Below are positions 1 to 8,672 of a stretch of DNA of 39,781 nt, piece by piece. The notes under the pieces are model-generated. The model ran no database searches. It was not told the DNA's origin and saw only the letters and a list, made by a program, of their open reading frames with translations. The position numbers and the translations under genes were made by a program. Origin of the DNA: Vicingaceae bacterium. Lineage in GTDB: Bacteria > Bacteroidota > Bacteroidia > Flavobacteriales_E > Vicingaceae. The stretch lies in NCBI GenBank assembly GCA_041603555.1, contig JBFIEB010000001.1, positions 1-39,781 of the forward strand, in the 5' to 3' direction. The first letter of the stretch is position 1. Every line of letters starts with the position of its first letter.

Positions 1-315
1 AGACTCATAATGTTCAATCGCTTTTTCATAATTACCTTGAATGTAACGTGCAATGCCCATATTAGTAAGACAAATAGCCTGTCCAAAATAGCATTTTTGT
101 TCAGCAGCCCATTTATTCCCAGCACTTGAAATTTTATATGCAGTATCAGGGTTCGTATACATAAATTGCCATATCAATTCATTATAGGCTTTCACTTTAG
201 TAGAATCATCTATGCTTGAAGAAATTAGAATATTTAAAGAATCTACCTTTACTATATTTTGGCTAAATCCTTGAAAGGAGATTAGAAACAAGAATATGCA
301 GATAAAGTGCTTCAA
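1..315 (-). CDS. TPR-repeat protein, N-terminal part (gene continues beyond the left window edge)
   Basis: The minus-strand frame is open from TTG at 315-313 to base 1 (105 codons, no stop). The translation LKHFICIFLFLISFQGFSQNIVKVDSL... is signal-peptide-like and is followed by TPR-like text (GQAICLTNMGIARYIQGNYEKAIEHYES). It has the same layout as the adjacent 511-aa TPR protein. It is not in the ORF track because it is truncated. Confidence 0.55.
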   Translation of the reverse strand, partial: MKHFICIFLFLISFQGFSQNIVKVDSLNILISSSIDDSTKVKAYNELIWQFMYTNPDTAYKISSAGNKWAAEQKCYFGQAICLTNMGIARYIQGNYEKAIEHYES

Positions 316-1847
316 TTTATTATTCTCTTTTTCAAAAGTTTCTCAAGAATTGCATGCAGCGGGAAAATCAATAAGGCTATCAATGCATTAGCAGCTAAGT
401 TGTACACAGGCTCACCATTAGTGTAGTTGTTTAAATATGGGTCTACAAAAACTAATGCAAACTCAAATAGAATTAAGAATGTAAAGAAGATTAAACCTTC
501 TGCAACATTTGGTGACACCTTGATAAAGCCTAAACTGAGTATAATTCCAAACAACAGTAGTATTCCTAAAAATATTAAACTGTATTGCAGATTATTTCTT
601 CTTCCGGTAGCTTCTGCTTCTAATCTTGCATGCTCTTTAGCTTCATTTTCTTTGACTATCTGAGCTTTCTCAAACTCATATTGGGTTTGTTGTCTAATAG
701 ATGCTTTTTGAGTCTCTTCATTATTAATGGAATCTTTCATTTGTACATAAAGTTTGTACATTTCTAATGCTTGCATCCCTTTTCCTTGAGATTCGTATAT
801 GTTACTCAAAATCCAAGAAGTTTCACTTATCTCTTCTGGCACTCCAATTTCTTTAAACATTCGAAAAGCCTTTTCCCCAAACTCCTGTGCTAAAAGCATC
901 TTATCCTGTTTTAGGTAGAGTTTACTAATGTTTGCAATGGCAGTAGCAGCTTCTAATTTATCACTTCCCTCTTTTCGAAGGGACAGGCTCTTTTGATAAC
1001 AAATTAAAGCCGTATCTAGCTGTTGCAATTGTTCATAAGCAATGCCTAATTGGGTATAACAAGCCGCAACAGACTTAATATCATTTCTTTCTTCATGAAT
1101 TTCCATTGCTCGCTTAAAAGCATCCAAAGCCAACTGAGGTTTTTTCTGATTAAAATAAACGCCTCCAATGTTTTGAAGAGATAAAGCAATTCCCTGCTTA
1201 TTCTCAATCTCCTCATCAATTTTAAGGGATTTATGATGATACTTAAGTGCAAGTTCAAACTCATTCTGCCCCTCATAAATATAACCGATATTTCCAAGTA
1301 ATCCTGCAACACCTTTTTTATCACCCAATTCCTCATAGATTTTCAAAGCCTTGTGAAAGTATTCCAATCCTTTTGAAATGTTTCCTAGATTGGTATATAT
1401 AAAACCAATATTATTATAGGATACTGCAGTGCCATTTTTATCTCGTTGCTCTAGGCTAAGCTCAAGACTTTTCTGATAATAACCTAAGGCAATATCTACA
1501 TTCCCTTTATTTAGATTAATGTAACCTAGATTATTAACGGCACCCGAGAATGATTGTTGAAGGCGCAACGAAATCTTCCCAGCATCATGTTTTATCAAGC
1601 TGGCTTTTATTTCCTCATATTGCAAATACTGGTATTCTTCCCAAATAGGATGCATCATGTTTTCACAAATTTCATCCATGGAATTAATTCTGCTGGTATC
1701 ATCTTTTGCTGAATGATATTTTTTTAAGGAACTTTCCAATAAGCTTCTATCTCCCTCTGATAATTCATCAAGCACCAAACTATCTATCAAGTAGTATTCT
1801 TTGTCTGCAAAATTTTGAGCAGCCACTTGAAAATTAATAAAAAACAA
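312..1847 (-). CDS. TPR-repeat membrane protein (multiple TPR units, coiled-coil segment, C-terminal transmembrane helices)
   Basis: 511-aa ORF with reiterated TPR text (GNVDIALGYYQKSLEL, GNISKGLEYFHKALKIYEELGD, FELALKYHHKSLKI, LDTALICYQKSLSL). C-terminal hydrophobic helices are LIFLGILLLFGIILSLGFI, GLIFFTFLILFEFALVFV and LAANALIALLIFPLHAIL. The track start is TTG at 1847; an in-frame ATC at 1871 would complete a signal-peptide-like N-terminus. The ORF ends in TGA (312-314), overlapping the TTG of the next gene. Confidence 0.8.
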   Translation of the reverse strand: MFFINFQVAAQNFADKEYYLIDSLVLDELSEGDRSLLESSLKKYHSAKDDTSRINSMDEICENMMHPIWEEYQYLQYEEIKASLIKHDAGKISLRLQQSFSGAVNNLGYINLNKGNVDIALGYYQKSLELSLEQRDKNGTAVSYNNIGFIYTNLGNISKGLEYFHKALKIYEELGDKKGVAGLLGNIGYIYEGQNEFELALKYHHKSLKIDEEIENKQGIALSLQNIGGVYFNQKKPQLALDAFKRAMEIHEERNDIKSVAACYTQLGIAYEQLQQLDTALICYQKSLSLRKEGSDKLEAATAIANISKLYLKQDKMLLAQEFGEKAFRMFKEIGVPEEISETSWILSNIYESQGKGMQALEMYKLYVQMKDSINNEETQKASIRQQTQYEFEKAQIVKENEAKEHARLEAEATGRRNNLQYSLIFLGILLLFGIILSLGFIKVSPNVAEGLIFFTFLILFEFALVFVDPYLNNYTNGEPVYNLAANALIALLIFPLHAILEKLLKKRIIN

Positions 1848-1906
1848 TACTATGTAGATGAGATTTTTGATAGCCTAAATATAAAGAAAGTTTGTATATT
1901 TAAAGA

Positions 1907-3061
1907 ATGAAACACTTTACAGTAATATTGTTTTTTTCATTTTTTACTTATCATAGCTATGGACAATCTATTTCCTGTGATAGTGCAATAAAAGGCACTT
2001 CTTGTGACACAAAAGCAAAGAACTATAAAGATGGAAGTGGATTTTTGGGATTAACATACAATAATACTGCCTGTGGGTTAAATTATGTTCAAGCTTCAAA
2101 TATGACAACCACCCGTTACACTTCAAATCCTGGATCTGGTTTTCCTACAGCACTAGCTATTTTTGGTATTCCTAATGCGGCTACAATATTACAGGCCTAC
2201 GTTTGGTGGGGTTGTTCTAACACTACTCCTAATCCTAATTTTACATTTAATGGAGTTAATATGGTTGGAACAATAATTGGTGTTGGCGCACATAAATGCT
2301 GGGGGCTTGGAGGTTCTGAAAATTACAGAGGTGACGTAACTTCAGAAATAACAGGCAATGGCACCTATACTTTCGAATCGCCAATTGGTGATCTTGCAGT
2401 GGATGGTGTTACCTTAATGGTTATTTATTTAGATTCAAACGCAATATACCAAAGCACTTTACAAATTAATGATGGTAATATGACAAACAACACTGGATCA
2501 GCTGAAACCCAAACTATGAATGGATTAAATATTTGTGCCAATTCTACATTCGGAGAAGCATTTATAATTGTGGGTGACATGCAAGATAATGTGGTTCCTC
2601 CAACACATACTGCTACTTTAAATGGAGCAACAACTTCATTTCGAAATGATTTTTGGAACTTTAATTTAGATACTGTAAACTTTACTTCTGGGCAAACCAG
2701 CTCAAATTTTGGAGTAGTACCCGATGGAGGTGGTGATTGTTACGATTGGGTAGCTATGGGAGTCTATTATCAACACCCTGTTTGTTCTTCTTGTAGTACC
2801 ATTGGAATTAGCGAAAACAAAACTTTTGGCTTGACCATTTATCCTAATCCTACTAGGGAGAACATTACCATCATATCTGATGCAGTTTTAACCAATCCAA
2901 AACTATCTATCCGCAACTCTTTAGGACAGGTATTACTAATTAAGAGTTACACTTCAACTAATGAGATACAAGTAGAACTTGATGTACCTATAGGAATTTA
3001 TTTCTTACAGATAGAAGCAAATGGAAAAATAATTACCAAGAAGATTATAAAGCAGAAATAA
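1907..3061 (+). CDS. Secreted protein of unknown function with T9SS C-terminal sorting domain
   Basis: The N-terminal signal peptide is MKHFTVILFFSFFTYHSYGQ. The last ~80 aa (LTIYPNPTRENITI...IGIYFLQIEANGKIITKKIIKQK) match the type-A Por/T9SS CTD pattern. The central Cys-containing domain (ACGLNYVQAS, YRGDVTSEITGNGTY) is not one I can name. Confidence 0.8.
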   Translation: MKHFTVILFFSFFTYHSYGQSISCDSAIKGTSCDTKAKNYKDGSGFLGLTYNNTACGLNYVQASNMTTTRYTSNPGSGFPTALAIFGIPNAATILQAYVWWGCSNTTPNPNFTFNGVNMVGTIIGVGAHKCWGLGGSENYRGDVTSEITGNGTYTFESPIGDLAVDGVTLMVIYLDSNAIYQSTLQINDGNMTNNTGSAETQTMNGLNICANSTFGEAFIIVGDMQDNVVPPTHTATLNGATTSFRNDFWNFNLDTVNFTSGQTSSNFGVVPDGGGDCYDWVAMGVYYQHPVCSSCSTIGISENKTFGLTIYPNPTRENITIISDAVLTNPKLSIRNSLGQVLLIKSYTSTNEIQVELDVPIGIYFLQIEANGKIITKKIIKQK

Positions 3062-3190
3062 CCATTATTATGCTTTCTTAGCTTTAAATCAAATATTTCT
3101 TTATCACGCCCCCCATACCATAAATATCTAGAAACATAATTTAAGTAATATTCGTATAATTCTTCAGATGGACACTGAAAAAAGTTGATT

Positions 3191-3385
3191 ATGGCAGAAC
3201 TCTCAGAACAATTATTTAGAAGAACGAAAGGCAGTCTCACATGGCATTTCAGAGAAGATTGTAGAGCATTCCCTAAAATATATGGGTATATTGTAAAGCG
3301 ACTTCAAAGACCACTTGGTTTTCAAATGATATGTGTTATTTGTAAGCGATTAGCAAAAGAAGAAAAGAAATCTAAAACAGGTTAG
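3191..3385 (+). CDS. Small (64 aa) putative zinc-ribbon-like protein, uncharacterised
   Basis: ATG at 3191 (the track starts at TTG 3185). The motif is W-H-x4-C-x2-F-P ... C-x2-C (TWHFREDCRAFP ... ICVICKRL), followed by a basic tail. This resembles a widespread family of small WHxxxxCxxWP...CxxC proteins. The stop overlaps the convergent DKNYY gene stop by 4 nt. It competes with an antisense ORF at 2998..3240. Confidence 0.45.
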   Translation: MAELSEQLFRRTKGSLTWHFREDCRAFPKIYGYIVKRLQRPLGFQMICVICKRLAKEEKKSKTG

Positions 3386-4488
3386 TTAATTCGGATTCCT
3401 TTTTTGTAAGTATGGTTTATATCTTTAGATAGATAGTCAACCTTGTTATTAACCTCAAAACTTTTGTAATCACAATCTATGATTTGATTCATATAAAAAA
3501 TACCATTATTGTCTTTTGAGTGCTTCCTGCCCAACACCTTAAAACTTGTTGGGTCGGCCCCATCAATTAACTTTAAATCACAATACACCCCATTCTTATC
3601 TTTTGTATATCCCCAAGTTAATATTTGAAACGATTTGCTATCAATTTCTTTTAATATAGCTCCATTGAGGTATACATTATTATTGTCTTTGTAATAACCA
3701 CACTCAATAGCACGAAAACTTTTAGCATCACTATTTTCAAGCACTTTACCCCCATTACATAAAACTATTCCATCACTTCCTAAAAAACAGTCTTTCAGCA
3801 CTTTAAAATTGGCTCCATTCATTCCTTCAACTTTTACTCCACTGTAATAAACGAAATTTTTATCACGAGCATACCCATACTCTAACACTTCAAAACTTTC
3901 TGGGTCTGATGAAACAACTACTTTTCCAGCATAATATACTGAATAAGAATCTTTTGCATAGTTTGACTCAAGTTCTCCGATAAGCTCAAAAGAAGTTGCT
4001 GCAGCTTCTTCTATTTTTAATAATTTGTCAAATTTATTATATCTATTTCTGTAAAAAACGGTTTTATTATCAGAACAATAGGCTAATCCGATTGATTTAA
4101 AACTGGCTTTATCAATATCAGAAATAGCTTTGCCTTTAAAATAGATATCGTTGTTATCTCTTGCTGTTCCATCTTCACATCTAAAAGATTTTGCTTCTGC
4201 TCCTACAACAAGTTCATGAATTCCATATTCACTACTATAATATATTTTCCCTTTGTTGATAAAATAAGTCCCATCAGCCCAATAATTATCACAATTTTCA
4301 ATTTTTTTAAAATCAGACGAGGCTTTTTTCATTCTATCATACATCATAGAATGTCCACATCGAAATTGATAGGGCTCTATATCAAGATCAGTATCATCAT
4401 CACCGCCAGATGATGTGCAGGTTTGTGCCAAAGAACTTGAAATTGAAAAAATTAAAAATAATAGTGATAATAAGACCTTAAATTGCAT
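3382..4488 (-). CDS. DKNYY-repeat family secreted protein
   Basis: The signal peptide is MQFKVLLSLLFLIFSISSSLAQ. The [YH]x(K/R)D(K/N)Nx(V/I)(Y/F)Y module recurs (YAKDSYSVYYAG, YARDKNFVYYSG, YYKDNNNVYLNG, YTKDKNGVYCD, HSKDNNGIFYMN), each followed by (D/N)xxSF(K/E)(V/I)L. This is typical of the DKNYY family. Confidence 0.85.
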   Translation of the reverse strand: MQFKVLLSLLFLIFSISSSLAQTCTSSGGDDDTDLDIEPYQFRCGHSMMYDRMKKASSDFKKIENCDNYWADGTYFINKGKIYYSSEYGIHELVVGAEAKSFRCEDGTARDNNDIYFKGKAISDIDKASFKSIGLAYCSDNKTVFYRNRYNKFDKLLKIEEAAATSFELIGELESNYAKDSYSVYYAGKVVVSSDPESFEVLEYGYARDKNFVYYSGVKVEGMNGANFKVLKDCFLGSDGIVLCNGGKVLENSDAKSFRAIECGYYKDNNNVYLNGAILKEIDSKSFQILTWGYTKDKNGVYCDLKLIDGADPTSFKVLGRKHSKDNNGIFYMNQIIDCDYKSFEVNNKVDYLSKDINHTYKKGIRIN

Positions 4489-4564
4489 GGTTTAATTGTT
4501 TTTTTTAAGTAGATGATTTCAACAATTTTTTCCACAAATATTAGACCATTTATTTAATAATAAA

Positions 4565-5830
4565 CTAACCAGCCATTTTGTTTAAGGCATCCACAAACAC
4601 ATCTAGTTCTTTTGTTGAGGTAAAAACATTAGGGGTTATTCGACACCCATGAACATTAGGGCGATCAATAGCAACGGTCCATATATTATATGTATCCATT
4701 AAGATTTTAGACATTTCACTTGATTTCATTCCTTTAACACATACATTGGCAATTGCACATGACCGATTAGCTTCAAGTGGTGTGTTTAAAACTATGTTAG
4801 AATTATCTTTTACTTTATTAGTCCAGTAATGTTGTAAATATCTTAATCGTTCTTCTTTACGCTTCCCTCCTATTTTATTATGGTAGTCTATCGCATTAGT
4901 AATAGCTAGTTCAACGTGTACAGGTGTTGTTCCAGTATGATTTATTCTATCAATGTCATCTATTGGCATTTCGTTTTCGGCAAACAATGGCCATAGGTTT
5001 TTAATTTTATCTGCTTTAACATAAAGTAATCCAGCACCTAAAGGTACGCTTAACCATTTATGAAGACTTGTTCCATAATAATCACAGTTAAGATCTTGGA
5101 TTTTAAAATCTAAATGTGCAAAAGCATGAGCCCCATCTACCATTACTTCTACTCCTTTGCTATGAGCCATATCACATATCTTTTTAACTGGTAGAATATG
5201 CCCATTAATATTTACCATATGGCATATCATTAATAGTTTAGTTTTATCAGTAATTTGATTAGCGTACAACGCTACTATTTCTTCATCATTTTTTGGTTGA
5301 TTAGGTAAGAAAACTGATTTAGTTATAACCCCATACCGCTCTTTCACTAATCGAAACATGTTAATCATTGCACCATAATCTTGTTCAGCCATAATGGCTT
5401 CATCCCCTTTTTTCCAATGCAATCCGCCAATAACTAGATCAAGTGATTCAGTAGCGTTTCTAGTTATAATAACTTCATCATAAGAACAACCAGCCATCTC
5501 TGCCAATTTTTGGCGAGCGTTATTTTTGTTTTTGGACTGTACTGTTCTCATATAAAGAGATGCTTTATAGTTAACCTCTTTAACATAATCTAAATAGTGA
5601 TTAAGGGTTTCTTCAGGCATCATACAGTAATAACCATTCTCAAGGTTAATATAATCTGGATTAAGTTTATAACCATTTCTGATGCTCTCCCAAAACTCTT
5701 CGTTAGAAGCCAAATCTTTAGGGGACAAGTGCTCTACTTTTGCAATAATATGTCCCATAACATCCATAAAAGGTAAAGTAGCAGTTGCTCCAAGTAAAGA
5801 AAATTGTTTTATAAAGGTTCTTTTATCCAT
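4565..5830 (-). CDS. Class V aminotransferase-fold PLP-dependent enzyme (cysteine desulfurase / isopenicillin-N-epimerase-like) with Tat-like signal
   Basis: 421 aa. The N-terminus MDKRTFIKQFSLLGATATLPF resembles a twin-arginine signal (KR variant of RRxFLK). The PLP-lysine context is YGTSLHKWLSVPLGAGLLY. The overall layout is class V (NifS/CsdB-like). Confidence 0.85.
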   Translation of the reverse strand: MDKRTFIKQFSLLGATATLPFMDVMGHIIAKVEHLSPKDLASNEEFWESIRNGYKLNPDYINLENGYYCMMPEETLNHYLDYVKEVNYKASLYMRTVQSKNKNNARQKLAEMAGCSYDEVIITRNATESLDLVIGGLHWKKGDEAIMAEQDYGAMINMFRLVKERYGVITKSVFLPNQPKNDEEIVALYANQITDKTKLLMICHMVNINGHILPVKKICDMAHSKGVEVMVDGAHAFAHLDFKIQDLNCDYYGTSLHKWLSVPLGAGLLYVKADKIKNLWPLFAENEMPIDDIDRINHTGTTPVHVELAITNAIDYHNKIGGKRKEERLRYLQHYWTNKVKDNSNIVLNTPLEANRSCAIANVCVKGMKSSEMSKILMDTYNIWTVAIDRPNVHGCRITPNVFTSTKELDVFVDALNKMAG

Positions 5831-5848
5831 AGTATAATATTAAAAAAA

Positions 5849-6331
5849 TTAGTTGAGTAAAGATGATTCCAATTCCATACGGATGTCACATCTTTCATAA
5901 GGTGTATCTTCAGGTACGGGAATTTCTTTAAACCCAAACTTAGTATACATTGTAATAGCCGGTGCTAATTTTCTACTCGAATCTAGAAACAATTGTTTAC
6001 ATCCAATTTGTTTAACATATTCAATACAAGCATTCATCAGTCGCTTTCCTATTCTTTTTCCTTGATAATCTTCAGTAACACCCATTTTAGAAAGTTCAAA
6101 AATACCTTCTCCACGCTTTATCAGTGCAACCGTTCCCACAGCTTTATCGCCTATTAGGGCAAAGAGTATATAACCACCCTTATCCAGAATATATTTTTTA
6201 GGATTAGTCAATATTTCTCTATCGTAGTCCTCTATATAAAAATACCTCTCCAGCCATTCAAAATTGAGTCTAGCAAAATCATCAGAATACTTCTCATTAA
6301 ATGAAATAATAGTTACTTCTTGATTATTCAT
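5849..6331 (-). CDS. GNAT family N-acetyltransferase
   Basis: 160 aa. The acetyl-CoA binding motif A is V(T)EDYQGKRIGKRLMNACIEYVKQIG. The fold-typical C-terminus is AITMYTKFGFKEI. Confidence 0.9.
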   Translation of the reverse strand: MNNQEVTIISFNEKYSDDFARLNFEWLERYFYIEDYDREILTNPKKYILDKGGYILFALIGDKAVGTVALIKRGEGIFELSKMGVTEDYQGKRIGKRLMNACIEYVKQIGCKQLFLDSSRKLAPAITMYTKFGFKEIPVPEDTPYERCDIRMELESSLLN

Positions 6332-6341
6332 TACTCCCTAA

Positions 6342-7907
6342 CTATTGCTTAATTACTTTAAAAGCTTGATTATTAATAATAAGAAAATAATAACCTCTTT
6401 TAAGATGATTAATGTCAATTTTACTACCGAATCTGTATACATGGACTTCCTTACCATCTACCCCAAAAAACTTTATAACCGCATCGTTCGGTGCTGTTGT
6501 AAAAAGAATACCATTGGTTGGGTTCGGATAAACAGAAAAGGATGTTTTAGTAGAGAAATTATCTTCCACAGAAGTAAAAATGCAATTAACATTGCCTGGT
6601 AAATTGGCGTCCATATATAATGATCTTGTTTCAAACCACCATTTTAAATAATCAACTTCTTCTTGATAAGTGTTTCCAACAAAATAATTCCAATTTACAT
6701 AAACGCCAAGTATTGGCCACTTCACAAAATTTCGTTGTTGGGATTCATCTAGATATAGTGCAATTGAATCTATCCAACTATTAATATAATTAGTTTCTAA
6801 AATGGTAAGCCGTAAATATTGCCATCTGCATTGAAGTTCATTAGCAAAAGTAGTATCTTGAAGTAACCTTACCCACCAATCTGGTGGTTCAGTAGAAAAT
6901 GCCGGACAAACATTTGCAAAGTTGTATTGCCATCCAGTAGTATCAAAAGCAGCACAGTAGTCTGCATTACCATAGGAAAGATTAAAATCCCACATCGGAC
7001 CACATGTTAATTTACCTCCTTTACTATCTTTATCTTTGTACATAAAACTACTAGAGCGATAACCATCAACAGTTCTTCCAAGCTCCTGCATCAACATAAA
7101 ATCTATAAAAGAGCCGACATCTATAAATGGTTTATAGCCTAAAATTGTATCCGTAAAATTTGGTCCATAAACCGCATTTTCAAAATCTATTACATAGTTT
7201 TTGATGTAGTCTCTTTGCACAGGTTTAAGTTCAGCATACTGAGGATCATGATACAGAAACTTAACTTTTGGCTGGTACGGAGAGACCCATGGTGTACTGC
7301 TGCTACCAGTTAATTTATCAACTTTAATGACATATCCACCTGTAAGGGAGTCACCTGCAGTATCATTACTGTCTAATATAGCAATATCAATTCTATCATT
7401 ATCTCTTTTAATTTTCTCAATCAAGCTGTAAACTCCCAAATATTGACCATTAATTACTAACTCACAATATACATATCTAGGTGACCACGGTTGCATTTGA
7501 GAAAAAAGGGAATAAGTTATCTCATTTCGCATTAATGATTTATCAGGATAAGCACCATAAAGTATCCAATCATTTTCAACTGGAAGCCCCAATAAACTCA
7601 CATTGTTATTAAACCCTGAAGAATCTTGTGTTTCAAAACCATAACTTTTTTTAGGATATTGTTGAGATGTAGAGCCACGAATTTCTATCGCTATTTTATT
7701 ATTATAATTATTAAATGGATCAACTAAATAGTTTCTATTTCCTAATCCATTCCATATTATTCCCATATCACAAACTATTCTTGGGTTGTCAACAATAGTT
7801 TGACTATTTGTGTTAATTACAACAATAGGTAAATTTGAATCAGTAAATTGAGAGTACACTAAATCAGAAGATAAAAAGAAGAGAAAGAAGTAAATTAACT
7901 TTTTCAT
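6342..7907 (-). CDS. CotH kinase-family protein with T9SS C-terminal sorting domain
   Basis: The signal peptide is MKKLIYFFLFFLSSDLVYSQ. The N-terminal text is CotH-typical (LPIVVINTNSQTIVDNPRIVCDMGII, IEIRGSTSQQYPKKSYGFET), with conserved mid-region text (YKDKDSKGGKLTCGPMWDFNLSYGN). The C-terminus FSVYPNPTNGILFT...RGYYFLIINNQAFKVIKQ is a T9SS CTD. Confidence 0.85.
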   Translation of the reverse strand: MKKLIYFFLFFLSSDLVYSQFTDSNLPIVVINTNSQTIVDNPRIVCDMGIIWNGLGNRNYLVDPFNNYNNKIAIEIRGSTSQQYPKKSYGFETQDSSGFNNNVSLLGLPVENDWILYGAYPDKSLMRNEITYSLFSQMQPWSPRYVYCELVINGQYLGVYSLIEKIKRDNDRIDIAILDSNDTAGDSLTGGYVIKVDKLTGSSSTPWVSPYQPKVKFLYHDPQYAELKPVQRDYIKNYVIDFENAVYGPNFTDTILGYKPFIDVGSFIDFMLMQELGRTVDGYRSSSFMYKDKDSKGGKLTCGPMWDFNLSYGNADYCAAFDTTGWQYNFANVCPAFSTEPPDWWVRLLQDTTFANELQCRWQYLRLTILETNYINSWIDSIALYLDESQQRNFVKWPILGVYVNWNYFVGNTYQEEVDYLKWWFETRSLYMDANLPGNVNCIFTSVEDNFSTKTSFSVYPNPTNGILFTTAPNDAVIKFFGVDGKEVHVYRFGSKIDINHLKRGYYFLIINNQAFKVIKQ

Positions 7908-7992
7908 TAGTGTAAATTGAAAGAATTATAACAAAACTAAATTACTTAATTTTTCTCAAATCCATTGAAGAGAAAACAAACAACAAATTTAG

Positions 7993-8442
7993 CTAGTCTG
8001 CTTTTTCTAAGAGCGTAACTTTATCTTTTTCACTAACGATTCCTTCACTAAGAATTTTACAAGTTACTCCACCTCGCCAATTTGGTATTAGTGCCTTAGT
8101 AAGCCCTTCAATCTGTTCATCCATTCTATGGCAAGGGTTTAATTCACCTGTAATTTCTAGATAAAATTTGCCAATTTTTAATCCTTTCCCAATCGTGTTT
8201 TCAAGATTTATTCCTTCGATTAAGATATTTGCTCTTCGAGTTGTCCAATGTAATTTTCGCCCAAGTTCCCAACATACTTCCTCCCAACTTTCTTTAGTCA
8301 TTACTGTTACTTGTCTATCCCCTTTTATTAAACCTCTAGAATCATCACCTACACCATTATCAAATGACACTTTTGCAGATGCGTAAACCACCATAGGTGA
8401 TCTTTTTTTTTCTCGAGTAGCTATTTCAATTACTTTTCCCAT
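7993..8442 (-). CDS. MOSC domain-containing protein (small YuaD-like form)
   Basis: 149 aa. MOSC-like text includes GDRQVTVMTKESWEEV, TTRRANILIEGINL and LEITGELNPCHRMDE, which carries the conserved Cys. Confidence 0.8.
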   Translation of the reverse strand: MGKVIEIATREKKRSPMVVYASAKVSFDNGVGDDSRGLIKGDRQVTVMTKESWEEVCWELGRKLHWTTRRANILIEGINLENTIGKGLKIGKFYLEITGELNPCHRMDEQIEGLTKALIPNWRGGVTCKILSEGIVSEKDKVTLLEKAD

Positions 8443-8672
8443 CCAACAAAATTAATCATAACTACACTTATTCTATAACAAATACCCTGTTAACTCATTA
8501 AGATAACCTGTTTACTAATTCTAACTTGAATAAAATTTAAATGTCTCATAGCTTAGTAAAAAATATTAATATATATATTATGACAACCAAAAACTCAATT
8601 ACCACAACAATTAACAATTGCTTACCGTTTGTTATATATTCAAAGGCATATTTAACTTTAAAACGCAGTACC

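Noticed and set aside
2998-3240. 80-aa minus-strand ORF in the 3062-3381 gap.
   Set aside because: Its 3' third overlaps the T9SS CTD coding region of 1907..3061, and it has no recognisable motif. The + strand ORF 3191..3385 has a plausible Cys/His metal-binding pattern. I kept it only as a competing hypothesis in the findings.
8541-8672. N-terminal extensions in the track ORFs: 8541 versus 8673, 10043 versus 10064, 11252 versus 11243, 18807 versus 18777, and 32675 versus 32723.
   Set aside because: The internal ATGs yield canonical signal peptides or the conserved family N-termini. The upstream residues look like translated AT-rich spacer.
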